This document shows positions 32,997 to 36,487 of a stretch of DNA of 36,487 nucleotides, piece by piece. Source of the stretch: Candidatus Zambryskibacteria bacterium CG11_big_fil_rev_8_21_14_0_20_42_18 (GTDB lineage Bacteria; Patescibacteriota; Minisyncoccia; Phycocordibacterales; Zambryskibacteraceae). Position 1 is the first letter of the stretch, and each line of letters begins with the position of its first letter. Location of the stretch: positions 1 through 36,487 of the forward strand of contig PCVB01000007.1 in assembly GCA_002787855.1 (NCBI GenBank). The letters are read 5' to 3'. Below the pieces are notes generated by a model. It was given only the letters and a program-made list of their open reading frames with translations. It was not told the DNA's origin and did no database searches. The translations under genes were made by a program, and so were the position numbers.

Positions 32997-33533
32997 TCAT
33001 GCGGGGTGAATTGGGGTTGTATTTACAAACTCTTCAATCTCTTTGAAAGCATCCTCATACCGAGGCAAGTCCTCCCGCCTTGAGACACCTAGATATTCTA
33101 ATAGTTTAAGAGTGGCCTTGTAACTATAACTTCTCTCTGTCCCCTCTACCCGCTCTATCAATCCGCGAATAAGAAGAGAGCGTAGAATAAAGCTAGAGTT
33201 TACACCACGAATGTGGTCTATCTCCCGGCGGGAGATAGGGCCCTTGTAGAGGATAATGGCGAGAGTTTCAAGCCCAGCGCGACCTAATTCTCGAGATAAT
33301 TCCTCTTTCTGCAAATTTTCAATAAGAGCACCTAACTTGGGGTGAGTGCCAAGACTTATAGACTCTCCATCGAAAATAAGAACAATTCCCCGGTCTTTAT
33401 AATATTCTAATAAATTGGTTAGGGCAGACTTAATAGCCTCTGGTTTCTCATCGAGCCACTTCCCTAGTTCAAGAACAGAAACTGGTTCGTTTTTAAAAAG
33501 CAAGACTGATTCTATTTTATTTTCTAAATTCAT
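32997..33533 (-). CDS. scpB: segregation and condensation protein B
   Basis: IESVLLFKNEPVSVLEL and GLETLAIILYKGPISRREIDHIRGVNSSFILRSLLIRGLIE. Confidence 0.9.
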   Translation of the reverse strand: MNLENKIESVLLFKNEPVSVLELGKWLDEKPEAIKSALTNLLEYYKDRGIVLIFDGESISLGTHPKLGALIENLQKEELSRELGRAGLETLAIILYKGPISRREIDHIRGVNSSFILRSLLIRGLIERVEGTERSYSYKATLKLLEYLGVSRREDLPRYEDAFKEIEEFVNTTPIHPA

Positions 33534-33535
33534 TT

Positions 33536-34285
33536 TTAATTTCTACTGTAATTAGGAACACCGAGAGCCTCTCTCTCCATTTCTATATCACCACTTCCCT
33601 CTTGTGTCACGCGGATAGCCCCCCGTTTGACTAGTTCAAGCATGGCGAGAAAGCCCACGATGATAGAAACTTTCTTTTCGTGAGTGAGGGAACCATTAAC
33701 GCCGTGGAACTCTTTGAAATTTATCTTGCTTGTTTGTGAGATTCTTAGAGCCAAGCGTTCTATCATCTCCTCTAGACTGATAACCTTCTTCACTGTCACT
33801 TTTGGCAGAGATTCTTTCTTAGGTAGAGACTCTATCACTTTTTCAAGTGCAAGCAAGAGATTCTCTACATCTGTTTTAGAATCGGGAGAAAAGATGATGA
33901 GCGGATTTTTGTTTGGGGTCTTCTCGAAGATAATGTTTTTCCCAAAAATGTTTTTTAATCCCGAAGACAATTCTTTAACTCTGGCGTAGAGAGCCAAGCG
34001 ATCCTCAAGGTCATGGATGCTCTCCTCCTCTTCTTCCGTCAGCTTGATCATCGGCAGAAGAGAGCGAGACTTGATGAGCATCAAGGTCGAGGCCACCACG
34101 ATAAACTCTGCCGACTCGCCTATGGGAAACTCGTCATGCGTTTCAATGTACTTGATGAAATCGTCTGTCACTTGAGAAAGTGAGACGTCATTCACAAAAA
34201 GCTTCCTTTTGGTCACCAGTTCAAGAAGAAGGTCCAAAGGACCTTCGAAAACCTCAGTTTTGACGGTATATGAGCCTTCTTTCAC
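33536..34285 (-). CDS. scpA: segregation and condensation protein A
   Basis: FEGPLDLLLELVTKRKLFVNDVSLSQVTDDFIKYI. GTG start. Lies 2 nt upstream of scpB. Confidence 0.9.
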   Translation of the reverse strand: MKEGSYTVKTEVFEGPLDLLLELVTKRKLFVNDVSLSQVTDDFIKYIETHDEFPIGESAEFIVVASTLMLIKSRSLLPMIKLTEEEEESIHDLEDRLALYARVKELSSGLKNIFGKNIIFEKTPNKNPLIIFSPDSKTDVENLLLALEKVIESLPKKESLPKVTVKKVISLEEMIERLALRISQTSKINFKEFHGVNGSLTHEKKVSIIVGFLAMLELVKRGAIRVTQEGSGDIEMEREALGVPNYSRN

Positions 34286-34291
34286 CTCGCT

Positions 34292-34297
34292 ATTATA
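34292..34297 (-). promoter_or_regulatory. -10 element TATAAT 6 nt upstream of the scpA GTG
   Basis: The minus strand reads cgcTATAAT-agcgag-GTG 34285. Confidence 0.5.
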
Positions 34298-34324
34298 GCG
34301 TTTTTGAGCCTTACTTTCAATAAA

Positions 34325-35563
34325 TTAAGGATTTAACCTTTTCACGTCACGAGGGAGGTAGGTGGCTTCGCGGACATTTGGAAGGTCGAGAATCTTCATG
34401 ATAAAGCGTGCTGGTCCAATACCTGCACCGCCGTGTGGAGGACAGCCATAGCGGAAGAAATTTAGGTAATCTTTGAGGGGCTCAAGGTTCATACCCTTCT
34501 CTTTGGCTTGCGCCTCAAGTATCTCTAGTCGATGTTCACGCTGAGCGAGAGTGGTAACTTCAAGGCCTCTGTACAATAAGTCCGCTCTACGACTTCTGTC
34601 AGAACCTTCCTCTAAACGCATATGATAGAATGCGCTTTTAGATTTGTGATACTCGGTGATAAATACAAATTCATGGTTGTGTTCTTTCAAAACATATTCG
34701 GAGATAGCACGCTCTTCTTCGGGAGAAAGGTCGTGTTCTTCGGGACTTGGTATTCCTAAGCCAACCAAAATCTTTTTCACCTCCAACATAGTCATCCTTG
34801 GGAAAGGTTGAGTGGGTACACTGATATTTAAATCAGGTAAAACTTTTAAAAGTTGCTCGAAACCAGAAACAATCATCCCCTCTTCGGCATCCATGATATC
34901 GTTATGATCTTTGATATAAGAAATCTCGAAGTCCCACCCAGTAAATTCAGTCATGTGACGAGTGGTGAAGGATTCTTCTGCTCTGAAAACTGGAGAAACC
35001 ATAAAAACTTTTTCAAACCCAGAAGCCATAGCCATCTGCTTATAAAATTGTGGGGACTGCGCTAAATATGCCTTACGGTCAAAATATTTTACTTCGAAAA
35101 CTTCTGCCCCACTCTCAGAAGGTGTACTCATAAATGCTGGTGGATAGAGTTGGACGAAATTATTTTCATCCCAATACTTACGCCAGCCCTTCTCAAACTC
35201 TGTCCAAACTTTAAAAATCTTTGCTTTTTCTGGTTTCCTCAAATCAAGCCACCTGTAGTCAAAACGAATAGGGGCCTCCGTCTCTTCCCCCCCTTTCACC
35301 ACTACTGGTATGGGAAGTTCTGGCTCTGCTTTTGATAAGACCTCGATTTTTGTAGGATGCATCTCACTACCACCCGGAGCTTGAGGAGCATCTACCATCT
35401 CTCCCGTTACTCTAATGACAGATTCAAGAGAAAGATCTTTAGCTGTTTCAAATTGAGAATTGTCAGCTGTTACTACAATCTGAGTTAAGCCATTCATATT
35501 GCGCACCACAATGAAGATTATTTTTGATTGGATGCGTAGAGCGTGTATAAATCCTTGTATCAT
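34325..35563 (-). CDS. aspS: aspartate--tRNA ligase, archaeal/eukaryal type, N-terminally short
   Basis: RFDYRWLDLRKPE, AYLAQSPQFYKQMAMASGFEKVFMVSPVFRAEESFTTRH, GCPPHGGAGIGPARFIM, and LPRDVKRLNP. ATGA overlap with the trpS stop. Confidence 0.88.
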   Translation of the reverse strand: MIQGFIHALRIQSKIIFIVVRNMNGLTQIVVTADNSQFETAKDLSLESVIRVTGEMVDAPQAPGGSEMHPTKIEVLSKAEPELPIPVVVKGGEETEAPIRFDYRWLDLRKPEKAKIFKVWTEFEKGWRKYWDENNFVQLYPPAFMSTPSESGAEVFEVKYFDRKAYLAQSPQFYKQMAMASGFEKVFMVSPVFRAEESFTTRHMTEFTGWDFEISYIKDHNDIMDAEEGMIVSGFEQLLKVLPDLNISVPTQPFPRMTMLEVKKILVGLGIPSPEEHDLSPEEERAISEYVLKEHNHEFVFITEYHKSKSAFYHMRLEEGSDRSRRADLLYRGLEVTTLAQREHRLEILEAQAKEKGMNLEPLKDYLNFFRYGCPPHGGAGIGPARFIMKILDLPNVREATYLPRDVKRLNP

Positions 35564-36487
35564 TTTTGTTTTAGTCCTACTCTCTCCCTAACCTCCTCCA
35601 TCTTTGCTTCTGCCCTTTCGCTAGCCATCCGCCCGCCCTCACGAAGAATCTCCAATGCAGAGGCTTTATCCTTCTCAAGTTCTTGTCTCTTTTCGCGCAG
35701 AGGGGTAATAAACTTTTTCAGGTCCTCTGCCAAAGCTTCTTTAAGTTCTTTATACTGACCCTTCTTATCTTCATATAACTTATCAAGCGATGCCTTGTCT
35801 TTAAGAAGAGCATGAATAGCATAGACATTTTCTGGTCTCTCACCAGACGAGTCAGTGACAATACCCATAACTGATTTAGTAATCTCATCATCAGAAGCAA
35901 AGAGTCCTATTGTGTTGCCATAGCTCTTGCTCATCTTCTTGCCATCAGTTCCAGTCACAGTGGCCAAACCCTCTAAGATAAGAGGCGTGGGTAATTTGAA
36001 AGTGTCACTGAAAACATTATTAAATTTCTGCGCAGTATCACGGGCAATCTCAACATGCTGTTTCTGGTCCTGTCCCACCGGCACCACATCAGCATCTTGG
36101 ATAAGAATATCGGCCGACATGAGAATTGGGTAGTCGAAGACGCCCACGCTGATTTCTTTATTCTTGGCCTCGGCATCTTTGAAGGCGTGTGCCCGCATAA
36201 GATACGGCATGGTGGTCAAGCAATTGAAAATCCAAGCCAGCTCTGTCACTTGAGGCACATCGGACTGTTTATAAAGGATAGTTGTCTTTGGATTAAGACC
36301 GATAGCGAGATAGTCGAGTAAAACACTCAGAGTATTGGCCTCCATTTCTTCCTTATTCTGCAGAGTTGTAAGAGCATGTAGGTCAGCGATAAAGATAAGA
36401 CTCTCATAAGAATCCTGCATTTCCACAAATCGCTTCATGGCGCCGAAATAATTGCCAAGATGTGGCCTACCGGTAGGCTTAACTCCC
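35560..36487 (-). CDS. trpS: tryptophan--tRNA ligase, 5'-partial (continues past the right edge)
   Basis: The frame is open to the window end and reads GVKPTGRPHLGNYFGA (HIGH region) upstream of the track start. KKMSKSYGN (KMSKS) is present. Confidence 0.92.
   Translation of the reverse strand, partial: GVKPTGRPHLGNYFGAMKRFVEMQDSYESLIFIADLHALTTLQNKEEMEANTLSVLLDYLAIGLNPKTTILYKQSDVPQVTELAWIFNCLTTMPYLMRAHAFKDAEAKNKEISVGVFDYPILMSADILIQDADVVPVGQDQKQHVEIARDTAQKFNNVFSDTFKLPTPLILEGLATVTGTDGKKMSKSYGNTIGLFASDDEITKSVMGIVTDSSGERPENVYAIHALLKDKASLDKLYEDKKGQYKELKEALAEDLKKFITPLREKRQELEKDKASALEILREGGRMASERAEAKMEEVRERVGLKQK

Noticed and set aside
1-36487. CRISPR arrays, IS elements or transposases, prophage genes, toxin-antitoxin pairs and defence islands.
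   Set aside because: I saw no spaced direct-repeat array, no transposase or integrase other than the Xer-type recombinase, and no cluster of unknown genes. The longest repeats noticed are 9-12 nt.
1-36487. Alternative genetic code (UGA as Gly/Trp, as in some CPR lineages), and inteins in dnaB, nrdJ or gyrB.
   Set aside because: Conserved genes terminate at TGA at the expected lengths (for example rmuC, rsmH, trpS) with no in-frame TGA. The lengths of DnaB (472 aa), GyrB (657 aa) and NrdJ (781 aa) leave no room for inteins.

Overview
This is a gene-dense 36.5-kb bacterial window on the standard genetic code (TGA is a stop). I call about 40 CDS and one tRNA. I found no rRNA, CRISPR array, transposase or obvious prophage. 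Nearly all genes are housekeeping.

Gene content:
- Five aminoacyl-tRNA synthetases: single-chain PheRS, CysRS, GluRS, archaeal-type AspRS, and TrpRS (5'-partial at the right edge).
- Replication and repair: gyrB, dnaB, recR, rmuC, class II RNR, xerC/D-like recombinase, scpAB.
- Ribosomal proteins L21, L9 and L27.
- A division/cell-wall (dcw) gene set split into four pieces: mraZ-rsmH-ftsL-ftsI; murF; ftsW-murG; dacA-like-mraY.

Several features suggest a reduced-genome lineage such as CPR/Patescibacteria. These are short or truncated proteins (L9, AspRS, GluRS), an archaeal-type AspRS, a B12-dependent RNR, few Shine-Dalgarno sequences and 4-nt gene overlaps. This lineage assignment is inference only.

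Most notable observations:
1. PheRS is a single chain, with the alpha catalytic core fused to the FDX-ACB anticodon-binding domain normally found on the beta subunit. This is the mitochondrial-type architecture.
2. A -10 hexamer (often TGtTATAAT) sits exactly 6-8 nt upstream of the start codon of at least ten genes. This implies widespread leaderless transcripts. One case is a palindromic ATTATAAT shared by two divergent genes only 20 bp apart.
3. Six helically phased GTGG repeats lie upstream of mraZ. Two of them also read as DnaA boxes. Two more perfect TGTGGATAA 9-mers occur in other intergenic regions.
4. An HTH-ComF-like phosphoribosyltransferase fusion gene lies next to tRNA-Glu. It is bracketed by a 12-nt copy of the tRNA 3' end.
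5. A strong promoter with a structured leader precedes a secreted lysozyme-like gene.

I found no clear multi-gene novel system such as a defence island. The accessory-looking parts are small: 9.6-11.3 kb, 17.7-18.1 kb and 21.4-22.5 kb.
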